Shown here one piece after another: positions 28,196-38,747 of a stretch of DNA of 64,000 bases. How positions within the stretch are numbered: position 1 is the stretch's first letter; every line of letters starts with the position of its first letter. This DNA comes from an uncultured Ruficoccus sp. (lineage in GTDB: Bacteria > Verrucomicrobiota > Verrucomicrobiia > Opitutales > Cerasicoccaceae). The stretch is taken from assembly GCA_965140785.1 (NCBI GenBank), contig OZ223517.1, positions 1-64,000 on the forward strand, given 5' to 3'. The notes beneath the pieces were generated by a model, which did not search any database, was not told the origin of the DNA, and saw only the letters and a list, made by a program, of their open reading frames with translations. A program made the translations under genes and the position numbers.

Positions 28196-29950
28196 GTGTT
28201 TAAACGAGTCTTCAACTACGCCAAGTATCTCAAGCCCCACTGGAAGCTGTTCACTTTCGCTTTCGTGTGCGGGATTATTTACAGTGTCCTGAGCGGCTTC
28301 GGCCTGCCGGTCATCACCGACAAGCTGATCAAGAACTTCCTGCCCGAGGCCGGGGAGGAGGCCATTGTGCGCGAGACCTGGAAAATTCTGGGGGTGGCGG
28401 CCCTGATGCCGGCGGTCTTCTTCCTGCGCGGCCTGACGAACTTCGCCAGTTCGTACCTGATGAGCGTGTGCAGTTGGCGCAGTATGCGAGCCCTGCGCAA
28501 CGAGATATTCCACAAGCTGCAGGAGCTGCCCATGGCGTACTTCGACGGCAGCTCGACCGGAGACATTCTGACGCGTATCAGCAGCGACACCGGACGCGTC
28601 CAGACCCTGGTCATGGCCTTCTGCACGGAGTTGCTGCGCCAACCGGTCATCATGCTCTCCGGTGTCGGCGCTCTGATTTACCTCTCCTGGAACAGCCGGG
28701 AGTCGATCTTCTTCCTGGGTTTCCTACTGGCCAGTGTCCTCTTCGCAGTCCCCGTCATTATCCTGCGCAAAAAGATGAAGAACCGGGGCAAGGAGCTCCA
28801 GGAAAACTTCGCTTCGATGACCCAGATGACCAAGGAGAATATCGACGCGGTGCAGGAAGTGCGCGCCTTTAACCTGCAGGATCAGCAGCAGGCCTTTTAC
28901 GATGAGTATATGAGCAAGTACATCAGCAGCGAGCTGAAGCTGATCAAGTACCAGCGGATTCAGAACCCGGTCATGGAGATCATGGCCATCACCGTGGTGG
29001 CGGGGCTGTTTCTGTATGCCTATTACTTTCAGATGGACTACGGCACCTTCGCCGGACTGGGCGTCGCCCTGTACATGACCTTTGATCCGCTGAAGAAGAT
29101 CCTCGCCATCGTCAACCAGTTCCACGGCTCCTACGCCTCCTTTGACCGGGTCGAGCATATCCTGCAAATGGAGAACCCGATCACCGACCCGGCGGAGCCG
29201 GTGCAGATCGGACGGGCCCGGGGCGACGTCACCTTCGAGGCGGTCTCCTTCGGCTATAAGGCTGACACGCCCGTACTGCATGATATCTCGGTCAAAATCC
29301 CCGCCGGTGAGCACTGCGCCCTGGTCGGCGCGAGCGGCTCCGGCAAGTCCACCTTCATGAAGCTGATCCCGCGGCTCTACGATCCCACCTCGGGCACGAT
29401 CTTCATCGACGAGACGCCCAATCGGAACCTGAGCCTGGAAGCCCTCCGCAATCAGACCGCCCTGGTTTCGCAGCATCCGGTCCTTTTCAACATCTCCCTG
29501 CTCGAAAACATTCGCCTGGGCCGTCCGGGTGCGACGGATGAGGAGGTTGTCCAGGCCGCCCGCGAAGCCTATGCCCACGACTTCATCGACCGCTTCGAGC
29601 GGGGCTATCACACCCTGGCCGGGGAAAACGGACGGCTGCTCTCAGGCGGGCAAAAGCAGCGCATCGCCATCGCCCGGGCCATCCTGCGCGACGCCCCCAT
29701 CCTGCTGCTGGATGAGGCCACCTCGGCGCTCGATGCCGAGAGCGAAGCCAGCATCCAGGCCGCCCTGGACAAACTGATCCAGAATCGCACGGTGATCACC
29801 ATCGCCCACCGGATGAGCACCTTTAAGCACGCCGAGCGCATCCTGGTCTTTGAGGCCGGTGAGATTATCGCCTCGGGCAGCCACGAGGAACTCGTGCGTG
29901 ACTGCGGCGTCTATCAGCGACTGGTCAGCACCCAGCAACCTATCGTTTAA
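28196..29950 (+). CDS. MsbA-like ABC exporter (TMD plus NBD)
   Basis: TM domain; GASGSGKST, LSGGQKQR and LLDEATSALD motifs. Confidence 0.9.
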   Translation: MFKRVFNYAKYLKPHWKLFTFAFVCGIIYSVLSGFGLPVITDKLIKNFLPEAGEEAIVRETWKILGVAALMPAVFFLRGLTNFASSYLMSVCSWRSMRALRNEIFHKLQELPMAYFDGSSTGDILTRISSDTGRVQTLVMAFCTELLRQPVIMLSGVGALIYLSWNSRESIFFLGFLLASVLFAVPVIILRKKMKNRGKELQENFASMTQMTKENIDAVQEVRAFNLQDQQQAFYDEYMSKYISSELKLIKYQRIQNPVMEIMAITVVAGLFLYAYYFQMDYGTFAGLGVALYMTFDPLKKILAIVNQFHGSYASFDRVEHILQMENPITDPAEPVQIGRARGDVTFEAVSFGYKADTPVLHDISVKIPAGEHCALVGASGSGKSTFMKLIPRLYDPTSGTIFIDETPNRNLSLEALRNQTALVSQHPVLFNISLLENIRLGRPGATDEEVVQAAREAYAHDFIDRFERGYHTLAGENGRLLSGGQKQRIAIARAILRDAPILLLDEATSALDAESEASIQAALDKLIQNRTVITIAHRMSTFKHAERILVFEAGEIIASGSHEELVRDCGVYQRLVSTQQPIV

Positions 29951-29985
29951 CGGCCATTCTCAGGCCCGCCCCCCCAACCCACCGA

Positions 29986-30780
29986 ATGAGCAAACTCACT
30001 GAAAGCAAATTTCGCCTCAAGCTGCGCGAAACCCTCGCCCGCGAAGCCTGGCGGTTCCTGATGTTCCTAGAGCACGGCCAGAGCGCAAGCGTCAGCCAAA
30101 ACGGCGAATGGCGCTTCCTGCAGGGCTGGCTCCGGCTCCAGGCGGAGCAGGGACGGGAGCGGCTCGTCGTCCTGGACTGCGGGGCCAACAACGGCGGCTA
30201 CTCCAAAGCCCTGCTGGAAATCGCGGCACAGACCCAGGCTCCTCCACTGGAGCTGTTTCTGTTTGAACCCCAGCCGGACCTGCAGGCCACCATCCGGCAG
30301 AATCTCCCCCAGTTGCCCGAGGGGGCGATCATTGAGGCCGGCGTGTCCTCGTCCGACGGTACCGCCATCCTGAACCGCCCGGCCAGCGGAAGCACCCACG
30401 CCTCCCTCTACCAGCGCGACGAACGCTTCACCGATCACGTGGAGATCCCCCTCGTGCGCCTGGACAGTTTCCTGCAAAAGAGGGGCATCGCCCAGGTGGA
30501 CCTGCTCAAGCTGGACGTCGAGGGTCACGAACTGGAAGCCCTCAAAGGATTAGGCGAGTTCTGTCACCCGGACAAAACCAAGGTCATCCAGTTCGAGTAC
30601 GGAGCCACCACGCTGGATGCCAATTCGAACCTGAAGTCTCTTTTCGATCACCTCAACGGCCGTGGCTATCAAGTGACGAAGATCGTCCCCAAGGGCCTTT
30701 CACCCCGCTCGTACAAGCCGTGGCTGGAGACCTACCAGTACAGCAATTTCGTCGCCTGCGGCCCGAATCTGCTGAAATGA
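29986..30780 (+). CDS. FkbM family methyltransferase
   Basis: LDCGANNG, FEP and LKLDVEGHELEALKG motifs. Confidence 0.88.
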   Translation: MSKLTESKFRLKLRETLAREAWRFLMFLEHGQSASVSQNGEWRFLQGWLRLQAEQGRERLVVLDCGANNGGYSKALLEIAAQTQAPPLELFLFEPQPDLQATIRQNLPQLPEGAIIEAGVSSSDGTAILNRPASGSTHASLYQRDERFTDHVEIPLVRLDSFLQKRGIAQVDLLKLDVEGHELEALKGLGEFCHPDKTKVIQFEYGATTLDANSNLKSLFDHLNGRGYQVTKIVPKGLSPRSYKPWLETYQYSNFVACGPNLLK

Positions 30781-31742
30781 GCCCGGCAACCTCGGCATCC
30801 ACCCCTCCGGCCGTCCTGTGGATTCATCAGGGCGACAGTTTTTACCTGGCCCACTCCCTGGCTCAGGCCCGACAGAGCAATCCCGGCTCCCGGCTTATCC
30901 TGCTGGGAGATCAGGCCAACCGCTACTACCGCGGGGTGGAATTCTACCCCTACCAGGACTACTTCCAGACCGCCGAGAAGCTGGGGAAACTTTACCGGCA
31001 TCGCAATCCCGTCCCCGAGCACGAAGACTGGCTGCGGTTTTGCTTTCAAAAGTGGGCCGTGATGCGGGACTTCATGAAAGCCGAGGGGGTAAAAAGCTCC
31101 TTCATCGTGGACACCGACACGCTCATTTTCGGTGATTTGGGCCAGCTCGAAGCCGAACTTTCCGACTGGGGGTTCACGGTCAGCCGCCTGCCCAACGGCA
31201 AGCTCGCTGCTTCCGCCGCCCTGACGCTGGAACGGGACATTTCTCTCATGGATCAATTGGTCGAGATCATGTTTGAGATGTTCGAACCCGGCGAGCTTTC
31301 CCGCCAGTTGGACGAGGAGTTCGAGCAGCACGGCGGCCACGCGAATATTAAAAACCCCGCCGCCGTCACCGAAATGGTCGCCCTCGGCCTGCTCTATGAG
31401 CGTAATCGTGACCGGGTGCTCAACACCTGCCCCGGTAACTACTTCGGCTCACAAGCCATCGACCACAACATGATGGTAGATATGGGCTGGGCCATGCAGG
31501 ATGATTCCCTGCGCCTGAGCTGGAAAGGTGACCTCCCGCACGGAACCTGGCTGGCCGACAGCCGGGAGATTCCCCTGCTGGCCCTGCACTGCAGCGGCAA
31601 GGGAAAGTGGATGATGAAGGACTTGATGCGCTTGCGCGACCCGGGCGTCATCCGGGACTGGAAACGCAATTATCGCGTCTTTCTGCTGCGCAAGTATGCC
31701 CGCAAGCTCCGCCAGGCAATGTCCGGCGGTAAGCCCCGCTAA
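30777..31742 (+). CDS. Hypothetical GT-A-like glycan-modifying protein
   Basis: DTD (DxD) motif, CFQKW and C-terminal LHCSGKGK; glycan-cluster context. Confidence 0.6.
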   Translation: MSPATSASTPPAVLWIHQGDSFYLAHSLAQARQSNPGSRLILLGDQANRYYRGVEFYPYQDYFQTAEKLGKLYRHRNPVPEHEDWLRFCFQKWAVMRDFMKAEGVKSSFIVDTDTLIFGDLGQLEAELSDWGFTVSRLPNGKLAASAALTLERDISLMDQLVEIMFEMFEPGELSRQLDEEFEQHGGHANIKNPAAVTEMVALGLLYERNRDRVLNTCPGNYFGSQAIDHNMMVDMGWAMQDDSLRLSWKGDLPHGTWLADSREIPLLALHCSGKGKWMMKDLMRLRDPGVIRDWKRNYRVFLLRKYARKLRQAMSGGKPR

Positions 31743-31829
31743 TCCCCATCGGTCTCAGGGGGCACATGGGTGGGATCAACTTTGATTTGCCCTGGTCCGG
31801 CTCGACTCATGTAGTAAAGGCATTCGATT

Positions 31830-32744
31830 ATGAGTTCCTCCACCAACTCAAAACCAACCGTCCCCAGTCACTACGCTGGTAAACCGATTCTCAGCATCCC
31901 TGAGACGATCGAGAAAATTCGCCAGACCGTCGCTGACGGCACGCCTGCGGCGATTGGAAAAATCGGCGGCACCGAGTGCAAGTGCCTGCGCTTCGGTGAA
32001 CGCTGGTTCCGCCCGCCTTTTCCCTACAATCTGAGCTGGAAGCGCCCCGGTCGTACGCTCTACGAGCTCTCCGGCGTCTATCCCATGCGCAAGGATATCT
32101 TTTACCGTATGGTACGGCTGTACCGGGAACTATTGCCGAAAATGGACCTGCTGATCGCCTGGTTTAACAAGGGCGAAGAGCACCTCATCCGCAAGTACGC
32201 CCCGGCAGCGACCCTCATCCCCTTTCGCGGGATGGACTGCATCAACCAAACAGAAGTCCCCCCGTGGACTCAGGCGCTGGCGGGCAAACGCGTCCTGGTG
32301 ATCTCGCCCTTTACCGAGAGCATTATTGAGCAGTACCGCAAGCGGGACTTGATCTGGGAGCGCCATCCGCATTGCGTGCTGCCTGAGTTCGAACTCAGGG
32401 GGTTGAAGGTGCCGCTGTATTCCCACATGCTTGATCAGCCGCCCTACCCCGACTGGTTCAGCGCTCTCGACGCCCTCAAGAGACAGATAGACCAGATCGA
32501 ATATGACATCGTACTGGTGGGAGCCGGAGCCTGGTCGCTTCCCCTGTGTACCCACGCCCGCGATAACGGCAAGATCGGCATCCACCTGGGTGGCTCCACC
32601 CAGGTCTGGTTCGGCGTAGCCGGCAAGCGCTGGACCGAAGCTGATACCCCCTTCACCCCCTATATCAACGAACACTGGACCACGCCCAGCGGCGAGGAGA
32701 AACCCACCCGGATAGACGTGGTCGAACATGGCTGCTACTGGTAA
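31830..32744 (+). CDS. Hypothetical glycan-cluster protein (possible GT-D-like fold)
   Basis: GKIGGTE, WTQALAGKRVLVISPF, YDIVLVGAGAW and IHLGG motifs. Confidence 0.6.
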   Translation: MSSSTNSKPTVPSHYAGKPILSIPETIEKIRQTVADGTPAAIGKIGGTECKCLRFGERWFRPPFPYNLSWKRPGRTLYELSGVYPMRKDIFYRMVRLYRELLPKMDLLIAWFNKGEEHLIRKYAPAATLIPFRGMDCINQTEVPPWTQALAGKRVLVISPFTESIIEQYRKRDLIWERHPHCVLPEFELRGLKVPLYSHMLDQPPYPDWFSALDALKRQIDQIEYDIVLVGAGAWSLPLCTHARDNGKIGIHLGGSTQVWFGVAGKRWTEADTPFTPYINEHWTTPSGEEKPTRIDVVEHGCYW

Positions 32745-32874
32745 ATGCTTCGGACGCCCGCACGGTCTCCCTCCCACCCGCCAATAAGCCATTGACCCGG
32801 AAAAATGGCCGCCCATCATGCCCTCAACGTCCGCCCTCCCCCAATGAGCTGCGAGACCTCACCGATCTGATAAC

Positions 32875-33795
32875 ATGACCCGCCCGTTTTCCGTGGAGAC
32901 ATCACCACCCGCATTCGTCTTTTTCCATTACGGCAAGCTGCCCACCTACCTCAGGTTCGCTATCGAGAGCGTTCGCAGCTCCCACTCCGAGGCGGAAATC
33001 ATCCTGGTCAGCCAACACTCCGCCCCCTGGCTCGAACAGTACGGGGTCCAGCGACGCGACTTCGCCTCGCTGCCTTCCCCGGAACTTGAACGCTTTAAAA
33101 AGAGCTACCGGCACATCTCTGTCTTTGACGAGTTCTACGAGCGCTTCGTACTGGAGCGCTGGTACATGCTGGAAACCCTTCGGCAGGAACGCAACGGGCA
33201 GATCCTGATCCTGGCCGACAGCGATGTAATGGTCTTCGGCGACGTCCGGCCCTTTCTGGCCGAATTGGGTGATAAATCTCTTTATTGCTGCGGATGGTCG
33301 CCGCACTTCTCCGTCGTCAAAGGGCCATTAACCGGCTTTCTGGACCACATCCAGTCCCGTTACGAAGACGAGGAATACCTCGCCAACGCGCAAAGGCTCT
33401 TCGACGAGGCCCGAAAAAAGAAGCAGCTCAAGACGCTCGGCGAAATGCAGCTCTTTTACGAATACATCTCTTCCGGACAAGACGGCCAGCACTACAACAA
33501 AGTCTCCGGCGCGGGCTATCTGGACATCAACATCCATGTGCCGGACGGCTACGTCAGCGCAAAAATCGGACGCCGCCGAATCAAGTGCGTCCGCTGGCAA
33601 GAGCAGGATGGCCGCCTCATCCCGCTGCTCAAGCATGAACAAACCAACGAGATTATCCCCGCGCTGACACTGCACTTCCAGGGCCCGGCGAAGAAGCGCA
33701 TGCGCAGCTTCAACCCGTGGCCCGCTCCCGCCAAGTCCCCCTCCGGCTGGCAGCGTTGGCGCCTCAACCGAGCCCTGCCTGCCTGGCCCGCCTAG
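32875..33795 (+). CDS. Hypothetical GT-A-like protein, distant paralog of 30777-31742
   Basis: LERWY, DSD and LHFQGPAK motifs at equivalent positions. Confidence 0.6.
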   Translation: MTRPFSVETSPPAFVFFHYGKLPTYLRFAIESVRSSHSEAEIILVSQHSAPWLEQYGVQRRDFASLPSPELERFKKSYRHISVFDEFYERFVLERWYMLETLRQERNGQILILADSDVMVFGDVRPFLAELGDKSLYCCGWSPHFSVVKGPLTGFLDHIQSRYEDEEYLANAQRLFDEARKKKQLKTLGEMQLFYEYISSGQDGQHYNKVSGAGYLDINIHVPDGYVSAKIGRRRIKCVRWQEQDGRLIPLLKHEQTNEIIPALTLHFQGPAKKRMRSFNPWPAPAKSPSGWQRWRLNRALPAWPA

Positions 33796-33806
33796 AACAC
33801 CCAGCC

Positions 33807-34751
33807 ATGAGCGAAGCGCCCGCGCAAACTCCAGCCAACCGGGAAAATCCCACGCCTGCCCCCCCCCGGAAGCGCCCCGTGTCGACGCCCACCGTCGCCA
33901 TCATCAACCGCAGCGGCCGCTTCGGCAACCGTCTCCAGTGCAGCGCCTATGTCCTGGCTGCCGCGCTTGAGTACGGGTTCAAGGTCAAACTATTCAGCCT
34001 GGAGGGCTATGAGCGCAGCCTGAGCCAGTACGCCCGCCGTCCCCTGCGTACACTCTTTAACCGGCTGCAACGCAAAATCCTCGACCAGGTGGCGCAGTCG
34101 GATACATTCCAGCGCCTTCTCGGCATCCGCCTGCTTGAGGGGGAAAAAGACGCGCCGCTTATCCTCTCCTCGCAGGAAGCGCTATCCGAGGTCTTCAGCC
34201 ACCGTCTGACGCTCTTGACCAGTTTCTACGTTTACTGTCACCCGAGTATTTTACAAAAGCACCGCCCCGAACTCGAAAAGCGCCTCGGGCTGCGTCCCGC
34301 CCGCACCGAGCGCAAGTACGTCGAACAGGTCCGAGCCGAGGCGCGTGGCCATCTCATCGGCATCCACATCCGCCGGGGCGACTACAAAGAGTACGGCGGG
34401 GGCGAGTTCTACTACCCGCTGAGCCAGTACGAGAGCCTGGCCCGCTCCCTCGAACAAGAAGCCGGAGCAGACGGTGCGACCTTCCTCATCTGTTCGGACG
34501 AGAAAATCCCCGAGACCGCCTTCAGCGGGCTGGACTGGCGGCCAGGCCCCGGTTCGCTCACCGGCGACATGTACGGGCTGACCCGGTGCGATTACATCAT
34601 GGGTCCTCCCTCCACTTTCAACCGCTGGTGCGCCTTCATCGCCGGTGTTCCCCGCTATCAGATAACCAAGGACGATCACCAATTGCGCTTTGAAGATTTC
34701 AAGCCCCAGGGCGACCTGGAATCCCAGGGCTACTGGGACGCGACGGGCTGA
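33807..34751 (+). CDS. GT11-like (alpha-1,2-fucosyltransferase-like) glycosyltransferase
   Basis: GRFGNRL, IGIHIRRGDY and GPPSTF motifs. Confidence 0.8.
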   Translation: MSEAPAQTPANRENPTPAPPRKRPVSTPTVAIINRSGRFGNRLQCSAYVLAAALEYGFKVKLFSLEGYERSLSQYARRPLRTLFNRLQRKILDQVAQSDTFQRLLGIRLLEGEKDAPLILSSQEALSEVFSHRLTLLTSFYVYCHPSILQKHRPELEKRLGLRPARTERKYVEQVRAEARGHLIGIHIRRGDYKEYGGGEFYYPLSQYESLARSLEQEAGADGATFLICSDEKIPETAFSGLDWRPGPGSLTGDMYGLTRCDYIMGPPSTFNRWCAFIAGVPRYQITKDDHQLRFEDFKPQGDLESQGYWDATG

Positions 34752-34794
34752 GATAAATGTTCTACAACCCTCTTTTCGACCAACCATTCTTGCC

Positions 34795-35580
34795 ATGAGC
34801 ACCCAATCCACCTGTCGAGTCTGCGGCACCGAGGCTGTGCCTTTTTTCCAGAAGCAACTGGCGAAAAAATATCAGGTTGATTTCTACCGCTGCCCCGACT
34901 GCGGTCATATCCAGACCGAACCGCCCTACTGGCTCGAAGAGGTTTACGCCAACCTGAGCTTCGCCCCCGACACGGGCATGGTCTCGCGCTCAGTCGGCAT
35001 GGGGCAGTTGACCGTAGCGCTGGCCAGCCGGTTAGGCATTAGCGGAGAGGAGCCCTGCCTGGATTTCGGCGCGGGCACCGGCATGATGGTGCGCCTGTGC
35101 CGGGACTACGGCATGAACTATCATTATTATGACCGCTACGCCACGAACGTGTTTGCCATCGGCTTCGAGGCGGACCGTCTACCGCCGGGTACGAAACCGC
35201 GTCTGGTCACAGCTTTTGAAGTGGCGGAGCACTTCCCCGATCCGCTGGAGAATTTTAAGGAGATCTTCGCCTTCGAACCGGAGCACGTGTTCATCAGCAC
35301 CTGCCTCTACACCGGCCAGGGGCCGGACTGGTGGTACTTTCTGGACGACGGTCAACACGTAGCCATCTATACCGAGGAGAGCCTCCGTCGCGTTGGGCGT
35401 CACTTCGGCTACAGCCTTTCCAGCGATTACGACATCCACCTGTTCTCCAAAAGCCCAGTCCCCTCCAGCATACTCAAGAAGATCCGGCGCAATACCCCCA
35501 AGCAGTGCAAACGTTACTGCAAGCGCCATGGCAGCCGCACCGTGGACGACGCCGAATACGCGCGTAAACACCTCTGCTGA
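34795..35580 (+). CDS. Class I SAM-dependent methyltransferase with N-terminal zinc finger
   Basis: CRVC...CPDC, LDFGAGTG and FEVAEHF motifs. Confidence 0.85.
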   Translation: MSTQSTCRVCGTEAVPFFQKQLAKKYQVDFYRCPDCGHIQTEPPYWLEEVYANLSFAPDTGMVSRSVGMGQLTVALASRLGISGEEPCLDFGAGTGMMVRLCRDYGMNYHYYDRYATNVFAIGFEADRLPPGTKPRLVTAFEVAEHFPDPLENFKEIFAFEPEHVFISTCLYTGQGPDWWYFLDDGQHVAIYTEESLRRVGRHFGYSLSSDYDIHLFSKSPVPSSILKKIRRNTPKQCKRYCKRHGSRTVDDAEYARKHLC

Positions 35581-35604
35581 GCCTAGGTCGGTGCCCGAAG
35601 ACGC

Positions 35605-36507
35605 TCAACGCCGGAAGAGCATGGCCACCCGGTAGGAAAGCCATCGACGCCAGCTCTTGAAGAAGCCTCCGTCATCCACCGCATGAGCGGCACCGACAGC
35701 GGCGTCGATTTGCGGGTCGCTCGCAGGTTCGGGCAGAGTGGCTACGTCATGAGTGGGCATAGTCGGCTCCCCGAAGGTCTGGGCCTCGTCCGCGCAATTC
35801 TCCCCCGACCCGTCAAAGCCGACATTCTCGACCAGGATGTCCCGGCAGCACAGGTGCCTCCAGTCCCGTGCCAATGTGTGCAGCGCGACCTTGAAGGCCC
35901 ACAGGTTGGCATTCCTGCCCAGGTAATGGCTGCGGACCAACCACGGAAAATCCCCCCCGCTGTGGGTGGGAACCTTCCAGTACTGGCGGTAGGGGATACG
36001 GCCCGCCGTCACCTCTGCGGAGATTTCGTGCCAACGGTCAGCCCAGGTGGCCCAGCCCCAGCAGAAAAACCGTCGGCTCAAAAACAGCTCGGGTAAAGGT
36101 CTGTCGTAATCTTTGAGCGCGTGATAAGCGCTGACCGAAAAAATCTCCTTGCGCAGAGCAAAGCGTTCCAGCGCCGAGGTCATGTACTCAAAAAAACCGG
36201 CCCGCGGCACAATGTCGTCTTCCAGCACGATAATCGTCTCGTGTCGGGCCAGGACATGGTTCAGTCCTCCGACCAGATTCCCGGCCAGACCCACATTTTT
36301 CTCGCGCAGAATTACCTCCTGCGGGAACCCGCCGTCGAAGGCCTGGACGACCCGGCGATTTTCCTCCACCGCTTCCCGGTCGGTCTCGCTGCGGGGGCCG
36401 TCACAGAAATGATAGAGGCGGTCGATTTTGGCACCTTCGAGTGCCCGCAGGACTGTCCGGAGCTTGTCCGCCCGCTTGTAGGAAAAAACTGCTACTACTG
36501 TCTCCAT
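35605..36507 (-). CDS. GT-A fold glycosyltransferase
   Basis: FCDGPR, IIVLEDD, WGWATW and NVGFDGSG motifs. Confidence 0.85.
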   Translation of the reverse strand: METVVAVFSYKRADKLRTVLRALEGAKIDRLYHFCDGPRSETDREAVEENRRVVQAFDGGFPQEVILREKNVGLAGNLVGGLNHVLARHETIIVLEDDIVPRAGFFEYMTSALERFALRKEIFSVSAYHALKDYDRPLPELFLSRRFFCWGWATWADRWHEISAEVTAGRIPYRQYWKVPTHSGGDFPWLVRSHYLGRNANLWAFKVALHTLARDWRHLCCRDILVENVGFDGSGENCADEAQTFGEPTMPTHDVATLPEPASDPQIDAAVGAAHAVDDGGFFKSWRRWLSYRVAMLFRR

Positions 36508-36748
36508 CCGACTCTGGTCCAAAGTGTTTACGCATGCCCACAGGGCCGCATCCGCAAAACAAAAGACTCTATAGCAGGGTTATGTCAAAATCCAGCACAA
36601 CCTTGACCGCGGTTTCACACAGGCACCGGACGCCCGTGCGCTATAGGCTTGCCTTAACCGTCCGAAAAAAAGGATGCTGAACGTTTAAAATGCCCCGAGC
36701 ACCTTTCGCCGGCCAGCGCCGAGACTCCGGGCCTTTCCGAGAAGCGCC

Positions 36749-37867
36749 GTGAAGTGGTTGAGAAAAATTAAGAGCATACGGGCCTATGACCGGCTCTACG
36801 GGCGCATCCCTACGGCTGCCGTCGAGAAAGAATACGCCCGCATCATCTTCAAACCCGACCGTTTGGGCGATCTTGTTCTGTCCTCGGGCAGTATCCGGGC
36901 CGCTGCCGCCGGCTTACCGCCGGAGCGTTGCCTGCTCATTGTCTCCGAAGTAGCCGCTCCGCTGGCCGACATGCTATTCCCGGAGTTTCCCCAACTGACC
37001 ATCCCCTTCGACTGTCGCCCGCGCAAAGAGCACGAAAAGACGGCTCGCGTGCGCGACCTGCTCAGCGCGGTCGCCTGCGACGAACTGGTCTGCCTGCGCC
37101 ACCAACGCAGCGATTTCTTTTCCCTGTGCCTGAGCTGGATACGGGCCAGCCATACCTATGCCCTGGCCCTGGCCCCCAGTCCAGATGAAGACTGGCTGCG
37201 CCGCCGCGAGGACGAGCGGCTCTCGCCCCTGACCTTCACCGCTCCCGAGCCCCCCACTCAACCCGTGGAGATTCACCGGCACTTCGCCGTGCTCTCACAG
37301 CTTTCTCCCTGCCCGGCAAGCGCGGATGCGCTGCTGCCTCAGCTCCCAACTCCAAGCGAGACCGACGATACCCTGATCGTATCTCCGCTGGGCTCCCAGC
37401 CAATCCGGGACATCCCGCCCGAGTTGCTGCTCAAGCTGCTGGCTCCGTTTGAAAAAAAACGTATCGGGCGCGCTCTGCTTTGCGGAGGCCCCCCCCAGGA
37501 GGCGAAACTTACCGAACTGGCGGCACGCTTGCGCCGCGAACGTCCGGACCTGCTTTTCGAGGTCTCGTCTTCGGCACCACTGAAAACATTTGTCCAGCAA
37601 GTCGCCCAGGCGAATGCGGTAATCAGCACCGACACAGTGACCGCTCACCTGGCTACGGCGATGGACAAACGCGCCTTCATTGTGCTCGCCGGAGGCCAGT
37701 ACGGGCAGTGGGGACCCTGGAAACGGTCCGAGCGGCAGGTCTGGCTCACGCATCCGCTCCCCTGCTTTCACTGCGACTGGAACTGCCCCTTCCCGGTCCC
37801 CCGCTGCATCCACGAAATCGACGTCGGCGCCTTCGCCGAGCCGATGCGCCGGAGCCTGGAAGCCTGA
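36749..37867 (+). CDS. GT9 (heptosyltransferase-like) glycosyltransferase
   Basis: DRLGDLVL, STDTVTAHLATA and C-terminal PCFHCDWNC motifs. Confidence 0.85.
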   Translation: MKWLRKIKSIRAYDRLYGRIPTAAVEKEYARIIFKPDRLGDLVLSSGSIRAAAAGLPPERCLLIVSEVAAPLADMLFPEFPQLTIPFDCRPRKEHEKTARVRDLLSAVACDELVCLRHQRSDFFSLCLSWIRASHTYALALAPSPDEDWLRRREDERLSPLTFTAPEPPTQPVEIHRHFAVLSQLSPCPASADALLPQLPTPSETDDTLIVSPLGSQPIRDIPPELLLKLLAPFEKKRIGRALLCGGPPQEAKLTELAARLRRERPDLLFEVSSSAPLKTFVQQVAQANAVISTDTVTAHLATAMDKRAFIVLAGGQYGQWGPWKRSERQVWLTHPLPCFHCDWNCPFPVPRCIHEIDVGAFAEPMRRSLEA

Positions 37868-37916
37868 ACGAACTGGAAGATACAGCACTCGTTGGCGGGC
37901 GGAAACAGATCGCCTA

Positions 37917-38747
37917 CTAGCCGCCCCGCAGGTCCTGGCGGACCTTCAGGCAGGGGCGCTCGACGGTGTGCGACTCCAGCTTGCCCGCGCGGAACTGCTC
38001 GTACCGCACCGGCTCGGGCCGGTAGCCCCCGGCCAGCCACTTGCGCAGGCGGAAGCGGTGCTTGGCCAGCTTGATAGGCAGGGACTTGCGGTCGATGTCG
38101 GCCAACGCGTCCTCGGAAGAGGTCTTGCCCTCGGAGCTGCTCAGGTTGTCCGCGTGCCAGGTGAAAATCCCGATCGGCTCGCGCACGGCGGCGAGCTTCA
38201 TGCCGCGCTCCATCTGGTGGCGGAACCAGACATGGTCGGCCACCAGGCGGTAGGAAGTGTCGTAGGGCTCGCGCTCCCAGCAGCGCCGCCGGTACAGCAG
38301 CGAGACGGACTGCACCGGCATGTGCCAGTGCGTGTCGATGACCCGCGGCACCACGACCTGCTTGAAGAGTTGGATAAACTCCCCCTCGGCATCGACCATC
38401 ACGGTCGGGCTGAACACCGCGTCGAGCGCCGCGTCCGACTCGAACAGCTCCAGCGCTGCCCGCAGGCCCGCCCGGTTGTACTGCTCGTCGGTGTTGAGGT
38501 GGCCGATGATGTCCCCGTCGGCGCGCGAGACGGCCTTGTTCAGCGCCTCGTACATGCCCCCGTCGGGCTCGGAAATCCAATTCAGGTCCGGCTGGGCCCG
38601 CAAATAATCCACGGTGCCGTCGGTGCTGCCGCCGTCGGCAATGACGTGCTCGAAATCGAGCCCTTCCAGCGCGTGGCGCACCGAGGCCACCGCGTCGGGC
38701 AGGTAGCGCAGGCTGTTGAAACAGGGAGTGACGACGCTGAACTTCAT
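37917..38747 (-). CDS. GT2 glycosyltransferase
   Basis: FSVVTPCFN, DGGSTDGT and EPDGGMYEALNK motifs. Confidence 0.9.
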   Translation of the reverse strand: MKFSVVTPCFNSLRYLPDAVASVRHALEGLDFEHVIADGGSTDGTVDYLRAQPDLNWISEPDGGMYEALNKAVSRADGDIIGHLNTDEQYNRAGLRAALELFESDAALDAVFSPTVMVDAEGEFIQLFKQVVVPRVIDTHWHMPVQSVSLLYRRRCWEREPYDTSYRLVADHVWFRHQMERGMKLAAVREPIGIFTWHADNLSSSEGKTSSEDALADIDRKSLPIKLAKHRFRLRKWLAGGYRPEPVRYEQFRAGKLESHTVERPCLKVRQDLRGG

